From Bacteroidota bacterium (GTDB lineage Bacteria > Bacteroidota > Bacteroidia > Flavobacteriales > Flavobacteriaceae): 46,366 bases of DNA. The position numbers and the translations under genes are program-made. Of this stretch, positions 1-11,368 are shown one piece after another. The stretch lies in NCBI GenBank assembly GCA_039025415.1, contig JBCCOJ010000001.1, positions 1 to 46,366 of the forward strand. Direction: 5' to 3'. Below the pieces are notes generated by a model. The model searched no databases. It saw only the letters and a list, made by a program, of their open reading frames with translations, and was not told the DNA's origin. The stretch's first letter is position 1. The number at the start of each line of letters is the position of its first letter.

Positions 1-377
1 ACCGCAACACCATATAGAATTTTTAATAGGTATTTAGGAATATCATAGGTTGCCTAAATTCAATTTTACTAATTGCATAATTCTGAAAAACGCCATCTTC
101 TCCAAACACAATGCTTCAGTCAGGCGATAAATAATGACACTAACGATACATTTTTAACTACCAACTATACAAGCTTTAGAGTTTGGTAGAGAATATTAAT
201 GAATCTTTGTCATGAAACTAAGATTAAAGTACAAGCTATTAAGTAGCAATTGTGGGGATTGACTATTTATTTAAAATTGTTTTGTACACGATGGAAAGTA
301 ATCCATTTTTCATTGAAACCCCTTTTTAAAGGGTTTTTAATCATCAAAGTTTTTTTGTTAGTTATTATGTATTAGGG

Positions 378-411
378 AAAAAAACGAGCGTTCAAAAAAC
401 GCTCGTTTTTT
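378..411. terminator. Strong hairpin with A/T tails, probable bidirectional intrinsic terminator
   Basis: AAAAAACGAGCGTT-loop-AACGCTCGTTTTTT inverted repeat. Confidence 0.6.
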
Positions 412-677
412 ATTTAGAAAGTATAGTAGATATCAACTCCCATCACTTATTTAACAAGATATTTACTACAAAAGTTAAAAACTCTAAAATGTTGTTTTAC
501 AAGTTTTTAAATCTACAATTATTAAAATTTGAGTTTTTCAGACTCATTTGGCCATGTTAAAAACTTGTTGAAAACGTTTGCGTTGAAAATTCGAAAACCA
601 TCATCTATTTTTCAATCTTTGTTAGTCCCGAATCGAAGTACAAATTCAATTTTCAGGATAAATAAAAACTTTTAAGC

Positions 678-1658
678 ATGTCTCAAGCCACAGAACCAAT
701 TTTACAGGAAAACAAAGATAGATTTGTAATCTTCCCGATTCAACATCACGATATCTGGGAATGGTATAAAAAATCTGAGGCTAGTTTTTGGACTGCGGAA
801 GAAATTGATCTTCATCAAGACCTCTCCGATTGGAAAAACAAGCTCAGCGATGACGAACGATATTTCGTAAAACATATTCTCGCATTTTTCGCTGCGAGTG
901 ATGGTATAGTTAATGAAAATCTCGCCGAAAATTTCGTGAATGAAGTCCAATATAGCGAAGCTAAATTTTTCTATGGCTTCCAGATTATGATGGAGAACAT
1001 TCATAGTGAAACCTATTCGTTACTTATTGACACTTACGTCAAGGATGAAAAAGAAAAAGATATTCTTTTCAATGCGATAGAAAATTTTCCTGCCATCAAA
1101 AAGAAGGCAGATTGGGCTCTTAAATGGATTGAGTCCCCAAGTTTCGCAGAACGATTGATTGCTTTTGCGGCGGTAGAGGGAATTTTCTTCTCTGGAGCAT
1201 TCTGTTCCATTTTCTGGCTTAAAAAACGTGGGCTTATGCCAGGGCTAACCTTTTCCAACGAATTGATTTCAAGAGATGAAGGCGTTCACTGCGATTTTGC
1301 CGTGCATTTGCACAATCATCATTTGGTCAATAAGGTGCCAAAAGAGAGAATTAGGGGAATTATAGTTGATGCATTAAATATCGAAAGAGAATTCATTACC
1401 GAATCCTTACCGGTAAGCTTAATTGGCATGAACTCAAAGCTTATGACCCAATATCTGGAATTTGTAACAGACAGGCTTCTAACAGAATTAGGTTGTGAAA
1501 AGGAATACAACGCATCTAATCCATTCGATTTTATGGATATGATTTCACTTCAAGGAAAAACAAATTTCTTTGAAAAGAGAGTTTCAGAATATCAAAAAGC
1601 GGGTGTTCTCAATAAAGAGGAAGAAAAAGATAAATTCAGTTTTGACGCTGATTTTTAA
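678..1658 (+). CDS. nrdB: Ribonucleoside-diphosphate reductase class Ia beta (R2) subunit, eukaryote-like type
   Basis: [21 protein letters not shown] (radical Tyr), EGIFF, RDEGVH di-iron motifs. Confidence 0.97.
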   Translation: MSQATEPILQENKDRFVIFPIQHHDIWEWYKKSEASFWTAEEIDLHQDLSDWKNKLSDDERYFVKHILAFFAASDGIVNENLAENFVNEVQYSEAKFFYGFQIMMENIHSETYSLLIDTYVKDEKEKDILFNAIENFPAIKKKADWALKWIESPSFAERLIAFAAVEGIFFSGAFCSIFWLKKRGLMPGLTFSNELISRDEGVHCDFAVHLHNHHLVNKVPKERIRGIIVDALNIEREFITESLPVSLIGMNSKLMTQYLEFVTDRLLTELGCEKEYNASNPFDFMDMISLQGKTNFFEKRVSEYQKAGVLNKEEEKDKFSFDADF

Positions 1659-1890
1659 CCTAGGCTATTTATCCCTAGTGGAAACACAGGTTTAGTTTCA
1701 AGACTAGGGATTCACTATATTTTTTTGATTTTTAGTTTGAGTTTTAAAATTTTCCCGCAAGGGAAGGCTAGACAACCCATCTCTAAATCTGACTAACAGC
1801 TTTTAAATTCTGACAAGGTTCAGGATAAAAAATTCAATTAATCCAACTTCTGAAATTAAAATTTCAGAGAAAAAAACAACGAGTAAAATT

Positions 1891-4383
1891 ATGTTTGTAG
1901 TAAAAAGAGACGGAAGAAAAGAGCCGATGATGTTCGATAAAATCACGGCGCGGGTTCGTAAATTGTGTTACGGTCTTAACGAATTAGTGGACCCCGTAAA
2001 GGTTGCCATGAGAGTGATAGAAGGTTTGTATGATGGGGTAACCACCAGTGAATTAGACAATCTCGCTGCTGAGATTGCTGCCACCTTGACTACAGCGCAT
2101 CCAGATTATGCAAAGTTAGCGGCTCGAATTTCCGTTTCAAACCTACACAAAAACACCAAGAAAACATTTAGTGAGGTCATGCACGACCTCTATACCTATG
2201 TGAATCCTCGAACCGGTAAAAAAGCGCCATTGCTGTCTGATGAAGTTTATAAAGTAATCATGGACAATAAGGACAAATTAGATTCAACAATCATATATAA
2301 CCGTGATTTTGGCTACGACTATTTTGGCTTCAAAACCTTAGAGCGTTCCTACTTACTTAAGCTTAATGGAGAAATTGCAGAGCGTCCCCAACACATGTTA
2401 ATGCGAGTTTCAATAGGTATTCATTTAAATGATTTAGATGCTGCAATTGAGACTTATGAGCTCATGTCTAAAAAATATTTTACGCACGCAACGCCAACAT
2501 TATTTAATGCGGGCACACCAAAACCACAGATGTCATCGTGCTTTCTTTTAACAATGAAAGAAGACAGTATTGACGGCATTTACGATACTTTAAAACAGAC
2601 TGCCAAGATATCGCAATCTGCTGGTGGGATAGGTTTGGCGATACATAATGTTCGCGCGACAGGAAGTTATATCGCTGGCACCAACGGCACATCTAATGGA
2701 ATAGTGCCAATGCTTAAAGTATTTAATGACACAGCACGTTACGTAGATCAAGGCGGCGGAAAACGTAAGGGAAGCTTCGCTATTTACGTAGAAACATGGC
2801 ATGCCGATATTTTTGATTTTCTTGATTTGAAGAAAAACCACGGTAAAGAGGAAATGCGAGCGCGTGATTTGTTTTATGCTATGTGGATTTCAGACTTGTT
2901 CATGAAACGCGTTCAAGAGAATGGGGAATGGACCTTGATGTGTCCAAACGAATGCCCAGGTTTACCGGAAGCACACAGCGAGGAGTTTGAAAAACTGTAT
3001 TTAAAATACGAAGCAGAAGGAAAAGGCAGAAAAACCATAAAAGCCCGAGAGCTTTGGGAAAAAATATTGGAATCCCAAATTGAAACCGGGACACCTTACA
3101 TGCTTTATAAGGATGCTGCAAACCGCAAATCAAATCAAAAGAATCTAGGTACCATAAGATCTTCTAACCTATGTACCGAAATTCTAGAATACACCTCTCC
3201 AGATGAGGTTGCCGTTTGTAATTTAGCATCCATCGCATTACCAATGTTTGTGAAAAATGGTGAATTTGACCATAAGGAACTATTCCGCATTACAAAACGA
3301 GTAACGAAAAACCTGAATCGCGTTATCGATAGAAATTACTATCCAGTAATTGAGGCTCAAAATTCAAATTTCCGTCATAGACCCGTTGGACTGGGCGTTC
3401 AAGGTTTAGCTGATACGTTTATCAATCTAAGATTGCCATTTACAAGCGACGAGGCGAAAGCGTTAAACCAGGAAATTTTTGAAACCCTTTACTATGCCGC
3501 GGTCACAGCGAGTATGGAAGAAGCTAAAGCAGATGGTGCTTACGAAACCTACGAAGGTTCGCCCATAAGCCAAGGCGAGTTTCAGCACAACCTTTGGGGA
3601 ATTAAGGATGAAGAATTAAACGGAAGATGGGACTGGGAGAAGCTGCGTAAAAATGTCAAGAAGCACGGTGTGCGAAATTCATTATTGGTAGCGCCAATGC
3701 CAACCGCTTCAACCTCACAGATTTTAGGCAATAATGAGTGTTTTGAACCATATACCTCAAACATTTATACGAGACGTGTATTATCTGGGGAGTTTATTGT
3801 AGTTAACAAGCACCTTTTGGAGGATTTAGTGGAACTTGGATTATGGAACGAAAGCCTCAAGCAGGATATCATGCGTGCAAATGGTTCAATTCAAGGTATT
3901 GAGGAAATCCCAACAGAAATTAAAGAACTATATAAAACAGTTTGGGAACTTAGTATGAAAGATATCATTGACATGTCACGTCACAGAGGATATTTCATTG
4001 ATCAATCCCAATCGCTTAACCTCTTTATGGAAGGTGCAACCATGGCCAAGTTAACTTCTATGCATTTCTATGCCTGGAAGAGTGGTTTGAAAACCGGTAT
4101 GTATTACCTAAGAACCAAAAGCGCCGTTGATGCCATCAAGTTTACCTTATCAAATAAAAAGAAAGAGCAACCTGTGGCAGAAGTTGTAGAAGTATCCCAA
4201 GAGGAAGCAAGTGCCATAAAGGCAAAACAACAAGAGCAAGCAGCAAAAACTGCTGAAAAATTCGCTCAGAAAACCACTACAAAAACTGAGGATGTAGCTC
4301 CGATGAGCGCTGAAGAAATGAAAGCATTAATTGCACAAGCAAAAGAGGCTGAAGGTGATGATTGCCTTATGTGCGGCAGTTAA
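1891..4383 (+). CDS. nrdA: Ribonucleoside-diphosphate reductase class Ia alpha (R1) subunit
   Basis: N-terminal ATP cone (VVKRDG), SSCF, SNLCTEI catalytic motif, YYLR, C-terminal CLMC pair. Confidence 0.97.
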   Translation: MFVVKRDGRKEPMMFDKITARVRKLCYGLNELVDPVKVAMRVIEGLYDGVTTSELDNLAAEIAATLTTAHPDYAKLAARISVSNLHKNTKKTFSEVMHDLYTYVNPRTGKKAPLLSDEVYKVIMDNKDKLDSTIIYNRDFGYDYFGFKTLERSYLLKLNGEIAERPQHMLMRVSIGIHLNDLDAAIETYELMSKKYFTHATPTLFNAGTPKPQMSSCFLLTMKEDSIDGIYDTLKQTAKISQSAGGIGLAIHNVRATGSYIAGTNGTSNGIVPMLKVFNDTARYVDQGGGKRKGSFAIYVETWHADIFDFLDLKKNHGKEEMRARDLFYAMWISDLFMKRVQENGEWTLMCPNECPGLPEAHSEEFEKLYLKYEAEGKGRKTIKARELWEKILESQIETGTPYMLYKDAANRKSNQKNLGTIRSSNLCTEILEYTSPDEVAVCNLASIALPMFVKNGEFDHKELFRITKRVTKNLNRVIDRNYYPVIEAQNSNFRHRPVGLGVQGLADTFINLRLPFTSDEAKALNQEIFETLYYAAVTASMEEAKADGAYETYEGSPISQGEFQHNLWGIKDEELNGRWDWEKLRKNVKKHGVRNSLLVAPMPTASTSQILGNNECFEPYTSNIYTRRVLSGEFIVVNKHLLEDLVELGLWNESLKQDIMRANGSIQGIEEIPTEIKELYKTVWELSMKDIIDMSRHRGYFIDQSQSLNLFMEGATMAKLTSMHFYAWKSGLKTGMYYLRTKSAVDAIKFTLSNKKKEQPVAEVVEVSQEEASAIKAKQQEQAAKTAEKFAQKTTTKTEDVAPMSAEEMKALIAQAKEAEGDDCLMCGS

Positions 4384-4410
4384 TTTGTTAGTTTAAGTGT
4401 TATTTAGTTT

Positions 4411-4447
4411 TAAAAGGCCTTTGTAGAAATTCTACAAAGGCCTTTTA
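4411..4447. terminator. Bidirectional intrinsic terminator between convergent nrdA and hemD-like gene
   Basis: Perfect 18-bp inverted repeat TAAAAGGCCTTTGTAGAA-A-TTCTACAAAGGCCTTTTA. Confidence 0.85.
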
Positions 4448-4515
4448 TCATTTTGCTTCTAAGGTTAAAGCCATAAGAACTTCAACAAATAAAAGCACTA
4501 ATCCGAAAAAATGAT

Positions 4516-5268
4516 TTACTTCTTCTTGTTGTTGGCCTCGATGTATTTTTCCAAAGCCATGGTCATTGAAGGCGTTTCTGGGGTGGGTGCAGCTATATCC
4601 ACACGAAGACCGTGAGATTCTACCGCCTTTATTGTAGTGTTTCCAAAAACCGCTATTTTGGTATCTTTCTGTTTAAACTCAGGGAAATTATGAAATAATG
4701 ATTCTATCCCTGAAGGGCTAAAGAACACCAATATATCGTAGTAAACATTGGCGAGGTCTGATAAATCGCTTATTACCGTTTTATAAAATACGGCTTGCTT
4801 CCATTTAACACCTAATCCGTCCAGAATCTCTGGCACTTCAGGCTTTAACTTATCTGTAGTGGGCAGTAAAAAGTTCTCGTCTTTGTACTTTTTGATGAGT
4901 GGTGCGAGATCAGCAAATGCACGTTTACCAACATAAATCTTTCTCTTTCTGTAAACCACATATTTCTGTAAATAGTAGGCAACGGCTTCAGATTGGCAGA
5001 AATACTTCATAGTATCCGGCACTTCAAATCTCATTTCATCGGCTACCCTAAAAAAATGATCCACAGAATTTCTACTTGTCAAAATAATGGCAGAATACTG
5101 GCGTAAATCTACTTTTTGATGTCTAATCTCTTTGGCATCAACCCCTTCAACGTGAATGAATGGTCTAAAATCTATTTTGACTTTTTGTTTTTCTTGAAGG
5201 TCGAAATAAGGCGAGTTTTCAATTTTAGGTTCTGGTTGGGATACTAAAATAGTCTTCACTTTCGTCAT
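4516..5268 (-). CDS. hemD: Uroporphyrinogen-III synthase family protein
   Basis: ILVSQP start, IILTSRNSV and LVFFSPSGI HemD-type motifs. Confidence 0.8.
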   Translation of the reverse strand: MTKVKTILVSQPEPKIENSPYFDLQEKQKVKIDFRPFIHVEGVDAKEIRHQKVDLRQYSAIILTSRNSVDHFFRVADEMRFEVPDTMKYFCQSEAVAYYLQKYVVYRKRKIYVGKRAFADLAPLIKKYKDENFLLPTTDKLKPEVPEILDGLGVKWKQAVFYKTVISDLSDLANVYYDILVFFSPSGIESLFHNFPEFKQKDTKIAVFGNTTIKAVESHGLRVDIAAPTPETPSMTMALEKYIEANNKKK

Positions 5269-5283
5269 AGTTCAATTGGTCGT

Positions 5284-5937
5284 TTACGCGTTGAAATCTA
5301 TAATTAACTTAGTTAAAATCAGATAGGGCCCGATTTCGAGAGCGCAAAGATACAAAATAAAATAGAAAAAGTTCGCAAGCAGTGTTTTTTGATGATTTTT
5401 GAATGAGATAATAAATCCAACTAAATTAATGAGTAAAATCAAAGAAATAATTGAATAAATTACAGCTTTTGATGGCTCAAGCGTATAAATCAGGATGCAA
5501 TTAAGGGGTAATAAAATAAGCCCCGAAAAGTTTTTGTAGGTTGTTTTTTGAAATAGATACTGGTCAATAATTGTATCAATATCAAAGAGACTCCCTATAA
5601 GTCGTTCAATAAGAATTTTTGAAAGCGTTAAAACTCCAACACCAAATAATATCTTAACAAAAAAGTTTAAATCAAAACGCTCAATTTGACCAAATGAGGC
5701 TAGTCCTATATAAATAAAAGTCGAAATTGATATGATGAAATTTAAAAAAAACAGCGAATCAAAACCATCAATAAACTTTTGATTTCTAGCGTAAATCTTC
5801 AAATATTTTGAATTTCCGAGTACGGAGACAAAATCGCTAAATCGATGGACATAAAGAAATTTTGAAATAACTACAGCAGTCAACCCAATCAGTAAGGCAA
5901 TGGTAAACCAGTCATTTGTAATGGATTCTCTAAGCAT
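5284..5937 (-). CDS. Membrane protein, DUF4271-like
   Basis: Multiple hydrophobic helices, C-terminal YFILYLCALEIGP; upstream of hemD-like gene. Confidence 0.75.
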   Translation of the reverse strand: MLRESITNDWFTIALLIGLTAVVISKFLYVHRFSDFVSVLGNSKYLKIYARNQKFIDGFDSLFFLNFIISISTFIYIGLASFGQIERFDLNFFVKILFGVGVLTLSKILIERLIGSLFDIDTIIDQYLFQKTTYKNFSGLILLPLNCILIYTLEPSKAVIYSIISLILLINLVGFIISFKNHQKTLLANFFYFILYLCALEIGPYLILTKLIIDFNA

Positions 5938-6022
5938 GGTATAAAACTAGTGAGAAATGTCAAGATAGCAGAGTGTTAACATTGTTTATAATAATTACCA
6001 CCAAGATTATTTCATAAACGTT

Positions 6023-6030
6023 TACATTTG
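6023..6030 (+). promoter_or_regulatory. Bacteroidota -7 promoter element
   Basis: TACATTTG matches TAnnTTTG, 27 nt before ATG 6058. Confidence 0.6.
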
Positions 6031-6057
6031 TCAATCACTCAATATTGATATAACTAA

Positions 6058-6777
6058 ATGAGAGATGCCCTCGTTATCATACCAACTTATAATGAGATAG
6101 AGAATATTGAGGCAATCATTAGAGCGGTTTTTTCGCAAGAAAAAGCCTTTGATATCCTTATTGTTGATGACAATTCCCCCGATGGGACCGCTGACAGGGT
6201 GAAATTTCTACAAAACGAATTTAAAGAGCAGTTGCACCTATTGGTTAGAACTAAAAAAACGGGATTAGGTACAGCTTATATAGCGGGTTTTAAGTGGGCT
6301 CTTAAACATGATTACGATTATATTTTTGAGATGGATGCCGATTTTTCCCATAATCCAGATGATTTAATTAGGCTTTATAATGCTTGCGCCATTGATGGCG
6401 CAGACATGTCAATAGGGTCGCGCTACGTTAAAGGCGTTAATGTTGTTAATTGGCCAATGAGCCGGGTTTTGATGTCTTATGGAGCTTCCAAATACGTAAG
6501 GTTTATCACGCGAATGAAAATAAGGGATGCCACAGCAGGCTTTGTTTGCTATAAGAGAAATGTACTTGAGCAGATAGACTTAAACTCCATAAAATTCGTG
6601 GGCTATGCCTTTCAAATTGAAATGAAATTTAAGTCCTACCTTAAAAAATTTAAAATTATTGAAGTACCAGTAATATTTACAGATCGTACCAAAGGAAAGT
6701 CAAAAATGAGCAGTGGCATAATTTCTGAGGCTATCTTTGGTGTCATAAAATTAAAGTTTAAAAGTTTGATTTCATAA
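6058..6777 (+). CDS. Polyprenol monophosphomannose synthase (GT2, DPM1-like)
   Basis: IIPTYNE, VDDNSPDGT, EMDADFSH, GYAFQIE motifs. Confidence 0.92.
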   Translation: MRDALVIIPTYNEIENIEAIIRAVFSQEKAFDILIVDDNSPDGTADRVKFLQNEFKEQLHLLVRTKKTGLGTAYIAGFKWALKHDYDYIFEMDADFSHNPDDLIRLYNACAIDGADMSIGSRYVKGVNVVNWPMSRVLMSYGASKYVRFITRMKIRDATAGFVCYKRNVLEQIDLNSIKFVGYAFQIEMKFKSYLKKFKIIEVPVIFTDRTKGKSKMSSGIISEAIFGVIKLKFKSLIS

Positions 6778-6780
6778 ATC

Positions 6781-8127
6781 ATGGAAGAAAAATTAACCCT
6801 CATAAAAAACGCCAAAATTGTCAACGAAGGAAAGGTCATGGAAGGTGACATTTTAATTCAGGGCGAGTATATTAAGGACGTCGCCAGTTCGATTAGCGCG
6901 AAATCGGCTGATGTAAATATAATCGATGCCGAAAATAAGTATGTAATTCCAGGTATTATAGATGACCAGGTGCATTTTCGCGAGCCCGGATTGACCCACA
7001 AAGCCGATATCGCCTCAGAATCTAAAGCGGCAATAGCTGGTGGTATCACCTCTTTTATTGAAATGCCAAATACAGTACCTCAGACCACCACCATTGAAAA
7101 ATTGGAAGAAAAATTTGCCATAGCCGCAGAAAAATCCTTCGCCAACTATTCATTCATGTTCGGCGGAACCAATGACAATTTAAAGGAAATTTTAAAGGTG
7201 GACACTAAATCTGTCGCTGGCCTGAAGCTGTTTTTAGGATCATCTACCGGAAATATGTTGGTAGATGACCCTGAGGTTCTTGAAAAGATATTCAGCAGTA
7301 CCGATATGGTTATTTCGGTGCACTGTGAAGATGAAGCGACAATTCAAGAAAATCTAAAATCCCATATAGCGGAGTACGGGGAGGATATTCCTATTGAAAA
7401 ACATCCTATAATAAGAAGCGAGGAGGCTTGTTATCTATCGTCTTCCCAGGCAATTGCCTTGGCAAAAAAGACTGGAGCCAGACTACATGTGTTTCATCTT
7501 TCAACTAGAAAGGAAACCAAACAGTTTTCGAATAAAACACCCCTGAAGGATAAAAAAATCACCTCGGAGGTCTGTATTCATCATTTGTGGTTCTCAGATG
7601 AAGACTATAAAACTAAGGGAACCCATATAAAATGGAATCCAGCCGTCAAAACAAAGAAAGATAGAAAGCAATTATGGAAAGCACTTTTGGATGACCGAAT
7701 TGATGTTATCGCCACGGACCATGCACCACACACTTTAGAAGAAAAGAGCAATAACTATTTAAAAGCGCCGTCTGGCGGGCCTTTGGTGCAACACGCGTTG
7801 GTAGCCATGATGGAAATGGTGCACGAAGAGAAAATTTCTATAGAGAAAATGGTGGAGAAAATGTGCCATAATCCTGCGATTCTATTTCAGGTTGAAAAAC
7901 GAGGCTACATTAAGAAAGGGTTTTTTGCCGATTTAGTCATCATAGATGCCAACAGCCCATGGACGGTAAACCAAGAGAATATATTATACAAATGTGGCTG
8001 GTCTCCATTTGAAGGGCGAAGCTTCAAATCTAGGGTCACGCAAACGTTTTTAAATGGAAGTCTCGTTTATAACAACTTTAAATTTTCAGATATTAAAGCT
8101 GCTAAAAGATTGACGTTTGACAGATAG
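6781..8127 (+). CDS. pyrC: Dihydroorotase
   Basis: PGIIDDQVHFREPG, EMPNT, KWNP, ATDHAPH amidohydrolase motifs. Confidence 0.92.
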   Translation: MEEKLTLIKNAKIVNEGKVMEGDILIQGEYIKDVASSISAKSADVNIIDAENKYVIPGIIDDQVHFREPGLTHKADIASESKAAIAGGITSFIEMPNTVPQTTTIEKLEEKFAIAAEKSFANYSFMFGGTNDNLKEILKVDTKSVAGLKLFLGSSTGNMLVDDPEVLEKIFSSTDMVISVHCEDEATIQENLKSHIAEYGEDIPIEKHPIIRSEEACYLSSSQAIALAKKTGARLHVFHLSTRKETKQFSNKTPLKDKKITSEVCIHHLWFSDEDYKTKGTHIKWNPAVKTKKDRKQLWKALLDDRIDVIATDHAPHTLEEKSNNYLKAPSGGPLVQHALVAMMEMVHEEKISIEKMVEKMCHNPAILFQVEKRGYIKKGFFADLVIIDANSPWTVNQENILYKCGWSPFEGRSFKSRVTQTFLNGSLVYNNFKFSDIKAAKRLTFDR

Positions 8128-8145
8128 CTTTAAGATAGTTTAGTC

Positions 8146-8622
8146 ATGAAGTATAGATATATCTTACTAATATTAGGTTTGCTCATTGCCTGTAAGCGTA
8201 CAGACAAACCTGAACAACCTGAGAATCTGATTCCTGAAGATAAAATGGTGGAGATACTATACGACGTTGTTATTTTAAATGCAGCCAAGGGCTCAGCGAA
8301 AACCGCCCTACAAAAGAGCGGCATCATGCCCCAGGAATATGTATTTGTGAAGTATGATATTGACAGCCTCCAGTTTGCAAAAAGCAATGAGTTCTATAGC
8401 TACGATTTGGCAACCTATGAGCGCATAATCAATCAAGTAGACACCTTGCTTAGTGTGAAACAGAGAAATGTCCAAGCAAGAATAGATGCGGAGGTAGCAG
8501 AAAAAAAACGTGTAAGGGACTCCCTTAAGAAATTACAGGACAGTATAAATAAACAAAGGAAATTAAAGGATATTAAGAAAAGGGATAGCACTTCTAAAAC
8601 CATTAGGCCTATTGATAATTGA
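8146..8622 (+). CDS. Lipoprotein, DUF4296-like
   Basis: Lipobox LIAC; PENLIPEDKMVEILYD motif. Confidence 0.75.
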   Translation: MKYRYILLILGLLIACKRTDKPEQPENLIPEDKMVEILYDVVILNAAKGSAKTALQKSGIMPQEYVFVKYDIDSLQFAKSNEFYSYDLATYERIINQVDTLLSVKQRNVQARIDAEVAEKKRVRDSLKKLQDSINKQRKLKDIKKRDSTSKTIRPIDN

Positions 8623-8630
8623 AATTGATT

Positions 8631-9653
8631 TCAATTATCATTCATATCTTTTTTGTAAAAATTACAGACCTTCATTATTGAAAAATCCAAATCCTTAAAA
8701 ACAAAACCCAGCTCATCTCTCACCTTAGTAGTATCAAATTTGGAATTGGTAGTAATTGAATTCGCCATTTGTTTTGACAGGATTCTTCTTTTACCCAAAA
8801 GATTAGACCTTAACCAATCAAGACGCCAAAGTATTCCAAGTTTGAATAGCTTTAATGGTTTTGTTGCTTTTTTAACCCCGAGACTTTTGGCGACCATATC
8901 TTGGAATTCTTTAAAACTTCTATTTTCAGCCACAAGAATAAAGCGCTCATTCTTAATATCTCCTTCCATAAGTTGTCGCATTATTGAAACCGTATCCCAA
9001 ACATCTACATATCCAGAACTTCCTAAGGGATAATACTTTAGACCATTGTAAACCTTTTTGATGAGACTACCACTTCCGCCGCCTTTCCAAAAGCCAGGTC
9101 CCATAATAATCCCAGGATTAACGATTACCGCATCGACACCTTCCTGAGTGCCTCGCCAAACTTCCATTTCTGCGCCATATTTGGTAATGGCATAAACACT
9201 GTTGTCTTTTTCGGGATTCCATTCGGTTTTTTCCGAAATATGGGTCTTTGATGTGCTGGCCTCTCCAATGGCAGCAATAGAACTTATATAACAAAGTTTT
9301 TTAATCTTATTTGTAATGCACAGGTTTACAATGTTAGCGGTACCCTCAATATTGATTTTACGTAATTGATTGTATTTGTTGGGCTCAAAGCTCACAAATG
9401 CGGAACAATGATACACTTTTTCAACGTCCTTAAAAGCATTTTCCAATGTTGGTATATCAGTAATATCTGCTTTAATCCAATCGATTTTAGCGAAAAGTTT
9501 ATCTGCATCATCTGTATAATAGGAAAATACGTGTTTTACCCGCGAAAGTGTTTTATCACGCCTGTAAATCGCTCTAATCGATTCATTAGTCTTGAGCAAC
9601 TCATACAATAAATGTGAGCCAACCAATCCAGTTCCACCAGTAACTAAAATCAT
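8631..9653 (-). CDS. NAD-dependent epimerase/dehydratase family protein
   Basis: LVTGGTGLVG Rossmann motif, YAITK (YxxxK). Confidence 0.9.
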   Translation of the reverse strand: MILVTGGTGLVGSHLLYELLKTNESIRAIYRRDKTLSRVKHVFSYYTDDADKLFAKIDWIKADITDIPTLENAFKDVEKVYHCSAFVSFEPNKYNQLRKINIEGTANIVNLCITNKIKKLCYISSIAAIGEASTSKTHISEKTEWNPEKDNSVYAITKYGAEMEVWRGTQEGVDAVIVNPGIIMGPGFWKGGGSGSLIKKVYNGLKYYPLGSSGYVDVWDTVSIMRQLMEGDIKNERFILVAENRSFKEFQDMVAKSLGVKKATKPLKLFKLGILWRLDWLRSNLLGKRRILSKQMANSITTNSKFDTTKVRDELGFVFKDLDFSIMKVCNFYKKDMNDN

Positions 9654-9707
9654 AAATTAAAGGTACGCTTTTTAGCAAAACTGATTTTATACTTGAATCT
9701 ATAAATC

Positions 9708-9715
9708 TATATTTG
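9708..9715 (+). promoter_or_regulatory. -7 promoter element of tyrS
   Basis: TATATTTG; overlaps the GTG used by the ORF track, so the true start is likely ATG 9739. Confidence 0.6.
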
Positions 9716-9738
9716 TGCTTAATGATAAAAATGGATTG

Positions 9739-11034
9739 ATGACAACTAATTTTATTGAAGAACTCCAGTGGCGAGGTATGATTCACGACGTAATGCCAGG
9801 GGCAGAAGAACACTTAATGGAAGGCATGCGCTCGGCTTACGTGGGCTTTGACCCTACTGCAGATTCGCTACATATTGGTAATCTTGTCCCGATTATGCTT
9901 TTGGCTCATTATCAACGATGTGGTCATAAACCTTTTGCCTTAGTTGGCGGTGCTACGGGAATGATTGGCGATCCATCGGGAAAATCCAGCGAAAGAAATC
10001 TTCTGGACGAAAATACACTTCGTCATAATCAAGAGGCTATTAAAAACCAGTTATCCCATTTTTTGAATTTTGAAAGCGACATTGAAAATTCTGCGGTTTT
10101 GGTAAATAATTACGACTGGATGCGAGAATTTTCATTTTTACAATTTATTCGTGATGTTGGTAAGCATATAACGGTTAATTATATGATGGCCAAGGATTCG
10201 GTCAAAAATAGAATCTCATCAGAAAATAGCAACGATGGTATGTCCTTTACCGAGTTTACCTATCAACTCGTACAGGGTTATGACTTTCTACATCTTTTTA
10301 AAGAACATGATTGCACAATACAAATGGGTGGTAGTGACCAATGGGGAAATATTACCACTGGTACCGAACTTATAAGACGTATTGCACAAGGAAAAGGTTT
10401 TGCAATAACTTGCCCCTTAATCACTAAAAGTGATGGCAGTAAATTCGGTAAATCTGAAGGTGGAAACGTTTGGTTGGATGCCAATAGAACCTCACCCTAT
10501 AAATTTTATCAATATTGGTTGAATTCCAGTGATGAAGATGCCGAGAAGTACATTAAGATTTTCACTTTTTTGAACAAATCTGAAATCGACGCCTTAATTG
10601 AAAACCACCAAGAAGCGCCCCACCAACGTCAACTACAAAGGCGATTAGCAGAAGAAATCACTAAAATGGTTCACTCTCTAGAGGAATTTGAAAATGCTGA
10701 AAAAGCCTCAAATATTCTCTTTAGTAAATCCTTTAAAACCGATATAAAGACCTTAGATGAAAAAACGTTCTTAGATGTTTTTGAAGGTGTTCCCCAAGCA
10801 GAAATTTCAAAGATTGAGCTCGCCGAATTAGATATGATTGGCGCTTTGGCGGCAAGAACCAATTTCCTAGGTTCAAATAGTGAAGCCCGTCGGGCATTAA
10901 AAGAAAACGCGGTTTCGGTGAATAAAGAGAAGGTAAATGAAGACTATAAATTGTCTGAAGATGATTTAATTAATGGAAAATATATCATCATAAATAAGGG
11001 TAAGAAAAACACTTATATCATTAAGGTTTCATAA
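9739..11034 (+). CDS. tyrS: Tyrosine--tRNA ligase
   Basis: [13 protein letters not shown] (HIGH), [15 protein letters not shown] (KMSKS), S4-like C-terminus. Confidence 0.97.
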   Translation: MTTNFIEELQWRGMIHDVMPGAEEHLMEGMRSAYVGFDPTADSLHIGNLVPIMLLAHYQRCGHKPFALVGGATGMIGDPSGKSSERNLLDENTLRHNQEAIKNQLSHFLNFESDIENSAVLVNNYDWMREFSFLQFIRDVGKHITVNYMMAKDSVKNRISSENSNDGMSFTEFTYQLVQGYDFLHLFKEHDCTIQMGGSDQWGNITTGTELIRRIAQGKGFAITCPLITKSDGSKFGKSEGGNVWLDANRTSPYKFYQYWLNSSDEDAEKYIKIFTFLNKSEIDALIENHQEAPHQRQLQRRLAEEITKMVHSLEEFENAEKASNILFSKSFKTDIKTLDEKTFLDVFEGVPQAEISKIELAELDMIGALAARTNFLGSNSEARRALKENAVSVNKEKVNEDYKLSEDDLINGKYIIINKGKKNTYIIKVS

Positions 11035-11051
11035 CCATTTTTAGCTCAACC

Positions 11052-11075
11052 AAAAAACCCCCGCCAAGGCGGGGG
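11052..11075 (-). terminator. Intrinsic terminator, U-tract on minus strand
   Basis: Minus strand CCCCCGCC-TT-GGCGGGGG-TTTTTT. Confidence 0.75.
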
Positions 11076-11368
11076 ATCAACATTAACCAATCAACTATGT
11101 TGAAGCTAATCCTTCTTTTTCATAGAACTCTTAAAACTATTAATTCAGATTGATAGCTTCATTTATTATGACGGTAATGTGTGCTTTACCTTACATATAA
11201 ACGAAAATATTTACGTTAAGGTTTTGTAAAATGAAAACGTCGTAATCATTTATAAATCAGGAACAGGAATAATGTTTGGTTGTTTAAACCACCTTCGAGA
11301 TGTCCAGGTGTGTGGTGTTTAAAGAGTAATGAAAATCACCCTTGGAATAATCGGTTTTAATTTTTCAG

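Noticed and set aside
1-377. Possible gene at the left edge
   Set aside because: Only very short ORFs found by eye; an upstream gene may start at the edge but cannot be supported.
702-3764. Short antisense ORFs within nrdB/nrdA (and similar ones inside other genes)
   Set aside because: Shadow frames of well-conserved genes, with no motifs or expression signals.
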